From a virus (lineage: Duplodnaviria; Caudoviricetes): 55,574 nucleotides of DNA. Below the pieces are notes generated by a model. That model was not told the DNA's origin and made no database searches. It saw only the letters and a program-made list of their open reading frames with translations. Within the stretch, counting starts at the first letter, position 1. Each line of letters begins with the position of its first letter. The stretch is from positions 1 through 55,574 of the IMG/VR virus record IMGVR_UViG_3300002053_000020, one strand, 5' to 3'. Both the position numbers and the translations under genes were made by a program. Positions 9,263 to 20,600 of this stretch are shown here, one piece after another.

Positions 9263-10462
9263 ATGTTCGACAAATACAACAGCTTCACTGAGTTCTATGG
9301 GGAAGTAAACCCTAGAGACCGTGTTGAGCAGAAGCTAGCCGTTTGGGAAAAGCGGAACATTTGCTTTGGCGGCGGCAAGGGAAGTGCTCCAGATCCAAAC
9401 CCCGGCATGGTTGCTAGTGCTGAAGCAGCTAAGACCGCGGCAGAAGCCCAGAAGGAAATTGCCAGAGAGAACTTAGCGTTCTATAAAAAGCAATACGAAG
9501 AGTTCAAGCCGATCATCACTGAGGTTCTTCAGGGCGAGGTCAAGACCCAGCAGGAATCTATGCGGCAAGCTGCTGAGTACGAAGACTACATGAAGGGCAC
9601 CTTCCGTCCGCTTGAGAAGAAGCTGACTGACGAGGCCATGCAGTTTAGTACTGAGGCTGAGCAGGAGAAAATGGCTCGCGCTGCTGTCGGTGACATCGGT
9701 CAAGCGTTTGCCAATGTGCGCGGTCAAGCCCAGCGTCAGTCCCGTGCTTCCGGCATTAACACTAACACCGGTAGGTTTGCAGCTCTGAACCAGCAGCTCA
9801 ACCTGCAAGAAGCTTTGGCTCGTGCTGGCGCTGCTACTGGCGCTAGGGAGACTGCTGTTGATAAAGGCCGTGCTCTGACGTATGACGCTGCTGCCCTTGG
9901 TCGTGGACTGCCTTCAAATGTTTCCGCGTCTTTTGGAACTGGCCTGCAAGCTGCTGCTGGTGCCCGTCAGTCTGCGATGGCTCCGGGTCAGATCATGCAG
10001 CCCGGTTATCAAGGCTACTCACAGCAGATGGCTGGCGTTCAGCAGGGTTACGGAAATGCTGGCGGCATCTACGGTCAAGAGTTTGGCGCTCGTATGCAGG
10101 GCTATAATGCTCAGCAACAAGCCGATGCTGCGCTCTGGGGTGGGGTTGGTCAAGCTGGCGGTATGTTGTTTGGCGGTGGCACGAAGCCTTGGTTCCTTGC
10201 TGCTGACGGTGGTGAGGCTGATGTCTCTACCCCATTCAACCGCAAGGCAATCGGCATGATGCACGAAGGCCCCGGCCCCGTGCGTGGCCCCGGTGGGCCG
10301 GTGGATGACAAAGTCCCAGCCATGCTATCGAACGGCGAGTACGTCATCCCGGCTGACACGGTGAAGCGTATAGGCAAATCAAACCTAGACAAACTGGTGA
10401 AGCAGACCCACACACCGGCTGCAACCCAGCGTCGTAGAAAAGCATTGAAAGGTAAAAAATAA
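9263..10462 (+). CDS. Internal virion / DNA ejection protein
   Basis: GGGKGSAP N-terminal motif; A/G/Q-rich helices; C-terminal ADGG...GPGGPVDDKVPAMLSNGEYVIPA domain. Confidence 0.75.
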   Translation: MFDKYNSFTEFYGEVNPRDRVEQKLAVWEKRNICFGGGKGSAPDPNPGMVASAEAAKTAAEAQKEIARENLAFYKKQYEEFKPIITEVLQGEVKTQQESMRQAAEYEDYMKGTFRPLEKKLTDEAMQFSTEAEQEKMARAAVGDIGQAFANVRGQAQRQSRASGINTNTGRFAALNQQLNLQEALARAGAATGARETAVDKGRALTYDAAALGRGLPSNVSASFGTGLQAAAGARQSAMAPGQIMQPGYQGYSQQMAGVQQGYGNAGGIYGQEFGARMQGYNAQQQADAALWGGVGQAGGMLFGGGTKPWFLAADGGEADVSTPFNRKAIGMMHEGPGPVRGPGGPVDDKVPAMLSNGEYVIPADTVKRIGKSNLDKLVKQTHTPAATQRRRKALKGKK

Positions 10463-11646
10463 TGGCTACTGGACTTGGCGCATTTGTTGGAGGTTTCGCT
10501 AAGGGCATGAGCGACGTGCAAGATATGGAAGCACGGAAGCAAGCCATTGAGCGGGACAAAGAGCGCATGGCTATGGATCGAGATCGTTTTGCCTTGGAGA
10601 AAGCCCGGGCAGAGCGTGATGCTCAGATGGGTGAGATCGCTCGTCAAGAGGCTCAACTTAAGCTCGACCAAGCTAAGCGTGACGAAGCTATGGCTACTGA
10701 TATGAGGGCAAGCCTAGATCAGTTTATGACCGAAACCAAGGCTGGCTATGAGGCGGAAGAGATCTCACCTGATGGCAAGACCGTTGGGTTCCGCCGCTTC
10801 CAAGATGGCCCTTCCGCTATCGCTGATGTCAAGGCTCGCGGCAATCAGTTCCGTCCCGGAAGCCTGAAGCGCGTTGGCGAGATGGATGAGATCGAGAAGC
10901 AGCTATTGTTTGCTGACCGATTCAATGCTGTTCTGGCTAAGCACGGGAGACTCACCCCGGAGCAGATGGACGCTGCTCGCACTCGACGCAAAGAGATTTC
11001 GTCCGAGGGTGCGCTGGAATCAATGCGTTACTTTTTGGCAACTGGCGATGTCGCTGGAACCAAAGATATGTTCGCCAAGAAAGGCAAGATCAAGATTGGC
11101 GATGATGTGATGTTGAAGGTCGTTCCTGACGAGTTCACCGGCTCACGTGTCATTGGCACCCGTATGGTTAATGGCAAGGAACAACAGGTCTTTGACGCAT
11201 TTCAGGATGTTATACTTCCGTCAATGTCTCCGAAAGCATACGCCGAGATTATGGGCGAGATGAAGAAGACCGGCGCTATTCAGAAAGCAGAGACAGATCG
11301 CGCCAAAATGCGTGAGGCTGGAGAAACTACCCGTAGTCGCGAGTCTAATGCGGCGGCTATGGATCGTGAAGTCTATCGTGCTCGCAAAGACATCGAAATT
11401 GCTAGCATGAAAGACAAGGGCGAGAAAGACACTGTCGGGAAACAACTGCGGGAGATTATGTTCCCGTTGGCAGAAAAGCAAGCATCGCAACCGGGCTTCG
11501 TTTTCAACGCCGACTACTATCGCAAGAATACTATTGAGCAACTGGATCGTGCGCGATACCTCTACGAGACAGGGAAAGTCAAATCCCTAGAAGAGGCCGC
11601 ATCAGCAGCGATCAAAGAAATACCTTATAACCCTCCGAAAAGGTAA
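10462..11646 (+). CDS. Internal virion / DNA ejection protein
   Basis: GLGAFVGGF N-terminus followed by a charged coiled coil; lies between two other ejection genes. Confidence 0.7.
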   Translation: MATGLGAFVGGFAKGMSDVQDMEARKQAIERDKERMAMDRDRFALEKARAERDAQMGEIARQEAQLKLDQAKRDEAMATDMRASLDQFMTETKAGYEAEEISPDGKTVGFRRFQDGPSAIADVKARGNQFRPGSLKRVGEMDEIEKQLLFADRFNAVLAKHGRLTPEQMDAARTRRKEISSEGALESMRYFLATGDVAGTKDMFAKKGKIKIGDDVMLKVVPDEFTGSRVIGTRMVNGKEQQVFDAFQDVILPSMSPKAYAEIMGEMKKTGAIQKAETDRAKMREAGETTRSRESNAAAMDREVYRARKDIEIASMKDKGEKDTVGKQLREIMFPLAEKQASQPGFVFNADYYRKNTIEQLDRARYLYETGKVKSLEEAASAAIKEIPYNPPKR

Positions 11647-11653
11647 TTGAAAG

Positions 11654-14600
11654 ATGGCAACTTCCCTCTACAAAACTTCCAACCAAGCCGGTTCTGAAGT
11701 TCGACGTAGGGGGAAGGGGATCTCCACTGGTGAATACAAACCGGGCGACTTTGTTCAGAAAGTAACTGGACAAGAGTACGTCCCGGGGCGTATTGCTAGT
11801 GAGGCAATAGGTGAAGACTACCGTCCGGGTGTGCTCGCTGATCGTGCTCTGCAAGAACCCCTTCCTTCCGCTACTCGCCGCCGTGGTATCACACCACCCC
11901 CTTCAGGCGAAGCTCCGACCACCACTTCCAGATATCAAACCGACGCAGAAGAACTAGCTGCGTGGAAAAAATCCCGAGGCATTACCGACACTCCCCCTGC
12001 TCAGGATTCGTCACGTCCATTGGAAGGCGATTTCTTTGGCGATGCGGCTAAAGACTTGGCTGCTGGCGGAGTTCAGCTTGTCAAGGGCGTGTATGAGATC
12101 GGCAACTTGGTTAGTGGAGGGGCGCTGGATGAGGCAATCAAAGCCCGCACCGGAAGCACAGGAACCGAGAATCTTGCCGAAGGCGTTCAGCAGATCAGGG
12201 AGAGTCAATCCCCTGCGCTACAGGCTCAGCGTAAAGAACTGGAAGATACCAAGGGATTCGTGGACAGCTTCAGTACCGTCCTAGCCAACCCTCGTCTTGC
12301 CGGTTCTATGCTGGTTGAGATGGTTCCGCAGCTTGCTACCGTTGGTCTTGCTGCCCGTGCCGCCGCTGTCCGGACAATCGAGTACGCGCTAAGCCGTGGG
12401 CTGTCGATGGAAGCCGCATCAGCTATGGCTACGACCAATGCTACCCGGGTGGCGATCGGTGCTAACGCTGTCATGGAGGGCACCGCTGCTGGCTCCGACG
12501 CTCGTCAGTCAATCTTGTCAATGAAACAAGAAGAGCTGGACAAGTCTCCCCAATATCAGAAGCTCCTGAAGGAGTTGGGCGATCCAGGTCTGGCGCGGCT
12601 GAAGCTGGCTAACGATGCGTCCGTGGTTTCTACCGCCTTGGCTGGCTCGATCTCCGCTCTGCTGGGCAAGGTCACTGGTGCCGGTAAGCTGGAAGCTCAG
12701 GTCTTGGGCCGAGTCACTGATGTCTCAGAGAAGGCTGTGGCTGACGCTGCCAAGAAGGGAGTCGTTCGCCGCACTGGTGAAGGCTTCCTGAAAGAGGCTG
12801 CGCAAGAGTCCGGGGAAGAGGGTGGATCTACCTTCTCCTCAAACGTGGGCGCATTCGCGTCAGGAGCCCGCCCAGAGCAAGATCTCCTTGAGGGTGTACC
12901 GGAAGCTGCCGGAGCTGCTGCTGCCGTTGGCGGCGTTTCTGGTGGCTTTATGGGGGCTATTGGTGGGCCTAAAGGAAAGCCGGGAGATACGGAATCAAAG
13001 CCCGGAGAATCCGGAACGACCCCTCCTACGCCCGGAAAAGAGTTCCGTCCTAGAACCCTAGCGGCTGTAGAGATGGTATCCGCGGTCAGGGATCAGGGCC
13101 TCATGGCGTACATGTACTCTGTTGGAGACGACGCTACCAAGGCACAACTCCGCGCTGCCAACCCCGGTCTGGACTTGGATCAACTTTCTAAGGATGTGGA
13201 TCTGGTCAACGCCGGTAAGCGCATTGCTACCCAAGCTCCGGGATTTGTCGGTCAGGTTGCCGCGCAGCTTGAGGGTTTTGATCTTGAGGCTGCAACCCTA
13301 GAAGCTGCTGAGACTAAGACTGCCGGTGGGATCTCTGGCATTATCCGGGCGAGCGAACTGGCAAAGACTATTGCCGAAGAGCGTGCCCAAGGCATTACTG
13401 ACGAGAAGATCCAGCAAGCCGAGACAGGTGAGACTGCTGTTGTTGCCCCTCGTCGTGAGCCTCTGAGCCAAGAAGATCAGGATATCCGCATCCGTGGCTA
13501 TGAGCGTCTGGTTCGTAACCTGTCGGTCTATCCAGAGAACTACCGCGTCACCCGTGCTGAGCAGATCATCCGGGACATGACAGATCAGGGCTACCCACCG
13601 GAACTTATAAGTGCCACTGTTGCCCCGATTTTGGAACCTACAGCTCTCGATATTGGTACTCAGTGGGAGCAGAACATTCCTGATGGTATCGAAGACCCAG
13701 ACCTTGACGCACTTGATGCTGAGATGGCTGATGTCGAATCCCAGCTTGGGACTAACGAGGTAGGCCTGCCGCCGGTTCCTAATGAGCCAGCCATTGTCGA
13801 AGGCCCGACCTCGGCTGAAGCTGACATGGCTCAGATGGAAGCTCCTGTTGCCACAGATCAGACCCTTGAACAGCCAATGTCTTTCGACGAGGTTCGCGCC
13901 GGGATGTCTCGTTATGATTACGGCAAGACAAATGACCCTGAGAATTTAGACGAAAGCCTGTACGTTCAGACTGAGGTGCCGCCAGCGTTCCAAGCTATTG
14001 CCAAAGCATTCGGCATGAAGATCTATGGCGTGAAGTACATGGGTTCGAACGAGCGCACACGGAATCGTCAGGGCCTGTCGCTTGGCCGTAATACAATTGT
14101 TTTGAACTTTGCTCAGGCCAAGAGGCGTAATCAGCTGCACATCTTGGGGCATGAGCTGTATCACGAACTTCGCCGCCGCAACCCAGAAGCAGCGCTGAAG
14201 CTTGAGCAAGAAGTCAAAGCTTTCTTAGATAGCAATAAGTCAAGAGAGTTCCGCAAGAAGTTGTCATCTGTAGGGTATGCCCCGTCGGATATAGACAACG
14301 AGATGACTGCTGACATTATGGGCTTTCTGTTTACTGACAAAGCCTTCTGGGAGCAGGTTGGTCAGAACAATCCATCCCTGCTACAGCGCATCATCCGTGT
14401 CTTGGATGACCTGATTGCACGATACAACGAGCTTGGTCTTCGTGAGCAGATGGCTAAGGATATGGTGGCAGACCTTGATGGCCTCAGGACTTTGCTCGTC
14501 AAGTTTGTTGATCAGCATAAGATCGAAGCTGCCGGCAATCTAGAAATCGCACAGAGCGTTGACTTCGACCCAGATCAGAACGAAGCCCTCATTAAGATCC

Positions 14601-17600
14601 GCTCCCTTATCCGGGATGGCAAGACTCTTGAGGCATCGAAGATCTTCAAGGAGCAGGGTTTCTTCCGCGAGTACGGCCTGAAGTTCAACGAGATTGTGGC
14701 CGACGAAGAAGCAAAAGCCGCTCAGGGTGACACTCGTGCTGATGCTGAGGTTATAGCTGAGAACGAGGCGTACATCAAACGTCAGCGTAAATTATGGAGT
14801 GAAGATCCTAATATTACGCCGCCCGCACAAGAGGAGCAAGAGGTACAGCTCCGTCGCCCACAGGAGGAGATTGACGCTGAGAATGCCTACGCTGCAACTC
14901 AGCAGATCTTTGACTTGTTGCGTCGCGAACAAGTTGCCCAAGCCGCCAAGGTATTCCGCGAGTCCAACCTTGCCGCCTTCGGGGAGAACTTCGTCGATCT
15001 GCAAAAGATCATCCAAGACGAGCGCACCAAGCGGGTATCCGAAGCTCAGTTCAAGACTGACGAGCAGAAGAGACTTGCCCTGACATCGAAGAGACGCGGC
15101 TACGATAAGCGCGTTGACAAATTGATGAGCGGGATCTCCAAGAAGATTGAGGAGCAAATCGCCCAGAGAAAAGCAACTGCAATAGCCGAGGCCAAAGAAG
15201 CAAAACGCAGGGCAGCAGACAAGAAAGCTGCTGAAATTGGCGGCATGGAAGAAGAGCGCGGCATACTGGATAACGACGTTGGTGGCGTGTTTACCCAGAT
15301 GGCTGTGGCTGGCATGTATGGCGGAGAAGAAGCCCAGATACAGGCGCAAGCAAAGCTAGATGCAATGCAAGGGGAGCGTCAGGTTGATGAGCGTGGACAA
15401 GAGCAGGGGTACAAAACAAAGTCAGATATGCTTGTTGAAGAACAGGCTGCAATCATGTCTGGTCGCGTCCGCACTCTGGTCTACACCGCAGATCGGAACC
15501 TAGCAGAGCTAGCCAAGATCCGAGAAGAGATGGCCAAAGAGGGTTATGAGCCATACCTGATCGAGCAGACCGTTGCTAAGGCAGAGCGCCAACTGCGTGA
15601 GCTTCGTGACGCTGAGCTTGCTGATCTGGTTCGTGCCCAACTGAAGGACACGGCGCAGCAAGTTGACGCAATGAAGGTCTCGAAGGTTGAGCCAGAGATT
15701 TACCCTGCACTTGAGGGTATTCAGGCTGAGCTTGACCTCAATGATGAACAGCGCACTGATGCTCGTCGCTTGGCTGAAGCAATGGCTGGGAAGGACGAGA
15801 TAGACGAGGAGACCGGCGAAGTCAAGAAGCGCGAGAAGATGACATTCGCTGAGGCTATCAGGGCTATCCGTGAGAATGACATTGGCCTGAAGCACCTTTA
15901 CGATCAGATGCGTAGCCTTGGCATGGAGATCAAGAAGGAATACATCGACATGTCAGGCAACGTGTCGGCCAACCACAAGCTGAACGATTGGGTAAAGAAG
16001 TTCCCATCCTCCGCTATGTGGGCGCGTCACGCTTGGTTCAAGTCGTATGAAGCATTGCCTGTCAAAGGTATGGTGCAGCTCACCGCTGGAGAGAAAGTCT
16101 CTTACGACAACTGGCAAAAGAAGATGCGCGAACTACGCACTCGTCGGTTTGAGCAAGAACCGGGCAGAGGGCTTTCGTTCATGAGTCTTGAGCAAGCATT
16201 CCCTAACGCTCTGTTCATGAACTACACCCTGAACGAGATGCGCAATCCTGACCGCATGAATCCTGAAGATGCTGTATTTATCAGGGAGATCTCAGAAGAT
16301 CCAGTACGTTCGTGGATGTTGGATATCAAGTCTGCTATTCAGGCACGTCCAGATCTTGAGCCTCAACTGTCTCAATACCTGACTGCTGACGAGATGACTG
16401 CATGGAAAGAGTTCCGCGCCCGTGAATTCCGCGAGGCTCAGCGCAACATCGAGATGAAGATGCGCTCTCCGGTTTACAGTCAACTTGACAGTCTGCGCTA
16501 CCTGTCTCCTGAGGTATACATGAATTACCGCAAGGAGATTGCAACCGCGGAGGAGGCTCAGCTCGCCAAGATCTTGCAGAATGCGTTCGAAGTTAACGAA
16601 TTAGCAAGAGAGGCTATTGAGTCAGGATATGATGTTGGTCAGACCATTGGCGAACTGATGGACGAAAGGGCTCAGGAGGACGAGCGTGCCTCTGTGTCTG
16701 CTGACGTTATGGATCTCGAAGCCAAGTACGATACAGATGGCAACGAGATTGTGCCAGATGAGAGCATCACCTTTGAGCGCATTGAGAATTCTGGCGCGAT
16801 GCCCGGTATGAACATCAATGAGGCACTAGAAACTGCGTTCGCTAAGTGGGATGTGCCGCCTCAGTACACGGTGGTACAAAACCTGAACCAGTTGCCTGAC
16901 GATGTTCGTGCTCGGTTGACCCAGCGTTTCGGTGCTACAGGATTCCAAGGTGCACTTGATCCAAAGACGGGACATATCTACATCCTGTCAGACTTCCACA
17001 CGAATCCGGAAGATGCCAAGTTCACAATGTTCCACGAATTGTACGGACATTGGGGGCTTCGTGCGTTCTTGGGTGACAAGCTGGACGACTTCCTGAACAC
17101 TCAGTACAGACTGAACCAGAAAGTACGCAAGGCTACTGATGCACTCAAGGCCAAGGCTGATGAGATGGGGCAACCTATGTCTCAGTCGGAAGCTATCGAA
17201 GAAGCAATCGCGGATATGGCTGCGGCTGGTGACACTGGCGCATTCCATACCTTGATCGGTAAGCTGATTCGCTGGCTCAAGGCACATGGGTTTGAGAACG
17301 TAGCTAAGTGGCTGGATGGTTCTGGTGATGTCGAACTAGCAACAGTACTGCAAGGTGCCCGTGACGCTGCTCGCAATCAGGGGATCTCTCCGCTTGCTGG
17401 CGCACCGATGGAGGTGATGTATAACCGTGCAAAGGATCAGCCGGTTGAAGCCTACGCTTACCGTGATGGCAACATTACTGCGTACGCTCGGATGAATCCT
17501 GTGACCGGACGCTGGACTGTGTTCACGATTAACCCGGGCGCAACCAGCATCATTGACGGTGACTACAACATCACCGATGCCGACACCCTGCAAGTGGCTC

Positions 17601-20600
17601 ATGACATCCTGAAGCAGAAGGGAACTGTCAAGGTAGCCAAGGCACGGGAGACGCTGGCTTACATCGGCCCAGATCAGGTTGTCAAGATTGCATCTCCTTT
17701 GCAAGACAATCCTTCTACTTGGAACCGCTTCAAGCGTTGGGTGGTTACTGGTGCTCAGAACCAGTTCCTCCCAATCTTCGAGGTGGCATCTCAGTTGGCT
17801 CGGGCTGGCAAGGACATTACCGTAATCGATGATCTGATCAAGTACGAGGCTCGCACTGGTTACTTCATTCAGGACTATCAGCGCCGTATCCTCAACCCGA
17901 TCATGAAGAGCCTGAGAAAGCTCGGTGAGATGGACTTGTCGATCGAGGACGTTGACCTGTACCTGATGGCTCGTCATGCAGAAGAGCGCAACGATATGAT
18001 CAAGGCTGTCACTTCTGGCAAGAACAAGAAGGGCTCAGGCATGACATCAGCCGAAGCTAAAGCAGCCCTGAAAAAGTTTGAAGCTAATCCAGAAGCATTG
18101 GCTGAGCTAAGAAAGATTGCTGCGCTGACTGATCAACTGAGCAAAGACAAGCTGGCGTACATGTTGCAGAACGGCATGATCACCAAGTTCCAGTTCGAGT
18201 CGCTGCGCAATGGTTACAAGCACTACGTCAATCTGTCTGGCAACAAGGAGACTGATCTCGACAAGTACGATGGTTCTCAGTTGGGCGGTCGTGCCTTCAA
18301 TGTCCGCGGCTCCGATGTGATTCGCTCAACAGGTCGTGGCACACAGGCTGTGGATGTTCTCGAAAACACCCTGAATGCCTACGTTGCTACATTGATCCGA
18401 GGCCAGAAGAACCGTGTGCTGAACGCAATCCTCAGTATGTTCGAGCAAAACCCTGACAAGACATACGTCGAGGTGAACCCGATCGATACCATGAAGCGCA
18501 TCGACGTGGATCGATTTAACTTTGACAACAAAGTGCTTGCTGCTCTGGGTACGGACAAGCCTACGCAACAGGCTGGTCGCAACTTCTTGGTTGGCCTAAA
18601 GCAGATGATGGAGCGTGGCGAGATTAGTTCGGATGACGCATTGGCTGCTGTGGTTGAGCGCATCCGTCTTGCCGAAGAGCGTCGTGATCTTCAGCCTGAT
18701 GAGGCGGCACGGGCTATCCGCAACCTGAATGAGGAAGTTGTCTTTGAGTCAAGGCTAAACCCTGATGGATACGTCACCACAGTTGAGACGCAAGCTCGTA
18801 ATCCTCAGTCCGTCACCGTCAAGGTAAACGGCAGAAGCGTCGAGATGGTGTTCAACAACCGTTCGGGCGACTTCTTCCAAGCAATCACCGGCATGAACGT
18901 GCAGAAGTCAAGCGCGATGTTCGAGGCTCTTGGCGCATGGAGTAGGTTCTTCAGCCAGATGGTGACTACTTGGAACCCTGCTTGGATTCCGATCAACATG
19001 CTGCGAGACATTCAGACAGCTATCGCTAACATGGCGGCTGATCCAGAGGTTGGCGCTGTATTGGCTGGGAAGATGCTGAAGGAGTATAGAAAGTCTACCG
19101 CTCTGGCGTTCCGCTACATGGTGAAAGACTACGCTGGCGCTAAGGACGGTCGCTTCCGTGATTGGCTTGACAGGATCACAACTAAGTACCCATTGTCCTA
19201 TGAGGATGCCAAGTTGATCGAAGAGTTCTATCAGGATGGTGGCGCCACGTTCTTCCTCGATCGTGACAATATAGATCTAAGCCTAGAGAAATTGAATCGG
19301 GCTATGAAGAAGGACACCGGAACGGTCGCATGGACTAAGGACAAGTTGGATTCCTTCGCCGCCACGATGGACTTGCTTTCTATGCCGACTGAGATTGCTC
19401 CACGACTAGCTGTATACAAGGCTCTTCGTGAGGCAGGTAAGTCCCGCGAGTTTGCGGCTCGGTACGCCAAAGAGCTGACCGTCAACTTCAACATGAAGGG
19501 CAGCAGCAGGGAACTGAGAGCAGCGTATGTGTTCTTCAACCCCGCTGTCCAAGGCACGGTGCGTTTGTTCAAGGATTTCCAAGCTGGCAACTACGGTCGG
19601 TTCGCTTCGGTGGCTGGATTCTGGATGGGCATGGGGTACTTGGCAACTTTGGCTGCCCGCGCATTTGGAGACGACGACGAGGAAGAGCGTCCGGGTGTAG
19701 ATAGCATTGACATGATCGCACCCTACAAGCGCAACACCACGTTGACTTGGTTGCCCGGTGTAACTGGCGGCAGTATTCCGATTGCCTATGGCTGGAACGT
19801 CTTTGCCGCGGCTGGTAGCTACATGTACGATGTGATAACTGGTCGCATGCCAGCTGGTCACGCCGCTATGGAAACTATGAAGGCTGCGTTCGATGCGTTC
19901 TCTCCGATCGGATCTGGCGCTGAGTCCAAGACGGTAAGCGGCACAATCCTGAAAACCATCACTCCTAGTGCTGTTGTTCCAATTGTTGAACTAGCAATGA
20001 ACGAGAACAGGTTCGGTGCCCCGATCTTCAAGGAGCAGAGCCCATACTCCAACGTCGAAGAGGCGAATGCGTACATGCACTTCAACTCTGTAAACCCGAT
20101 GTCGAAGTGGGCAATGCAGCGTCTTGCTGAGGTAGGTGCCGGCGGTAAGAATGCTCGGTACTCGCCCGGTCTGCTGGACGTTAACCCCGGCGCTGTCGAT
20201 CACATGATCAATAGCTATCTGCCCGGTGTGTTCTCTGAAGTCTACAAGGCAACAGGTCTGGCAATCACGAAGGCACAGGGGTATGAAGTGTCTAGGGAGC
20301 AGCCGGTACCATTGTTGGGTAGGTTCAAGGCAGAGGTGCAGGAAGATAAGTTCGACCAAGCCGCTGACCGCAGACTGCGAGCCAAGATTGATACGCTATG
20401 GAAAGCTTGGGAAGCCCCCGATACAACTGATGCTGAAAGAGATCAGATGATCAAGGACTATCCAGACTTCCCGAGCATCAAGGGATTGATACAGGGTCAC
20501 GAGAATCAAATCAAGTCTATGCGCCAGACACTCTCAGCTTTCGAAAGAGACCCGAAAATGTCTGACGAAGCCAAGGTTGATTTCCGTAACCATGTCAATG

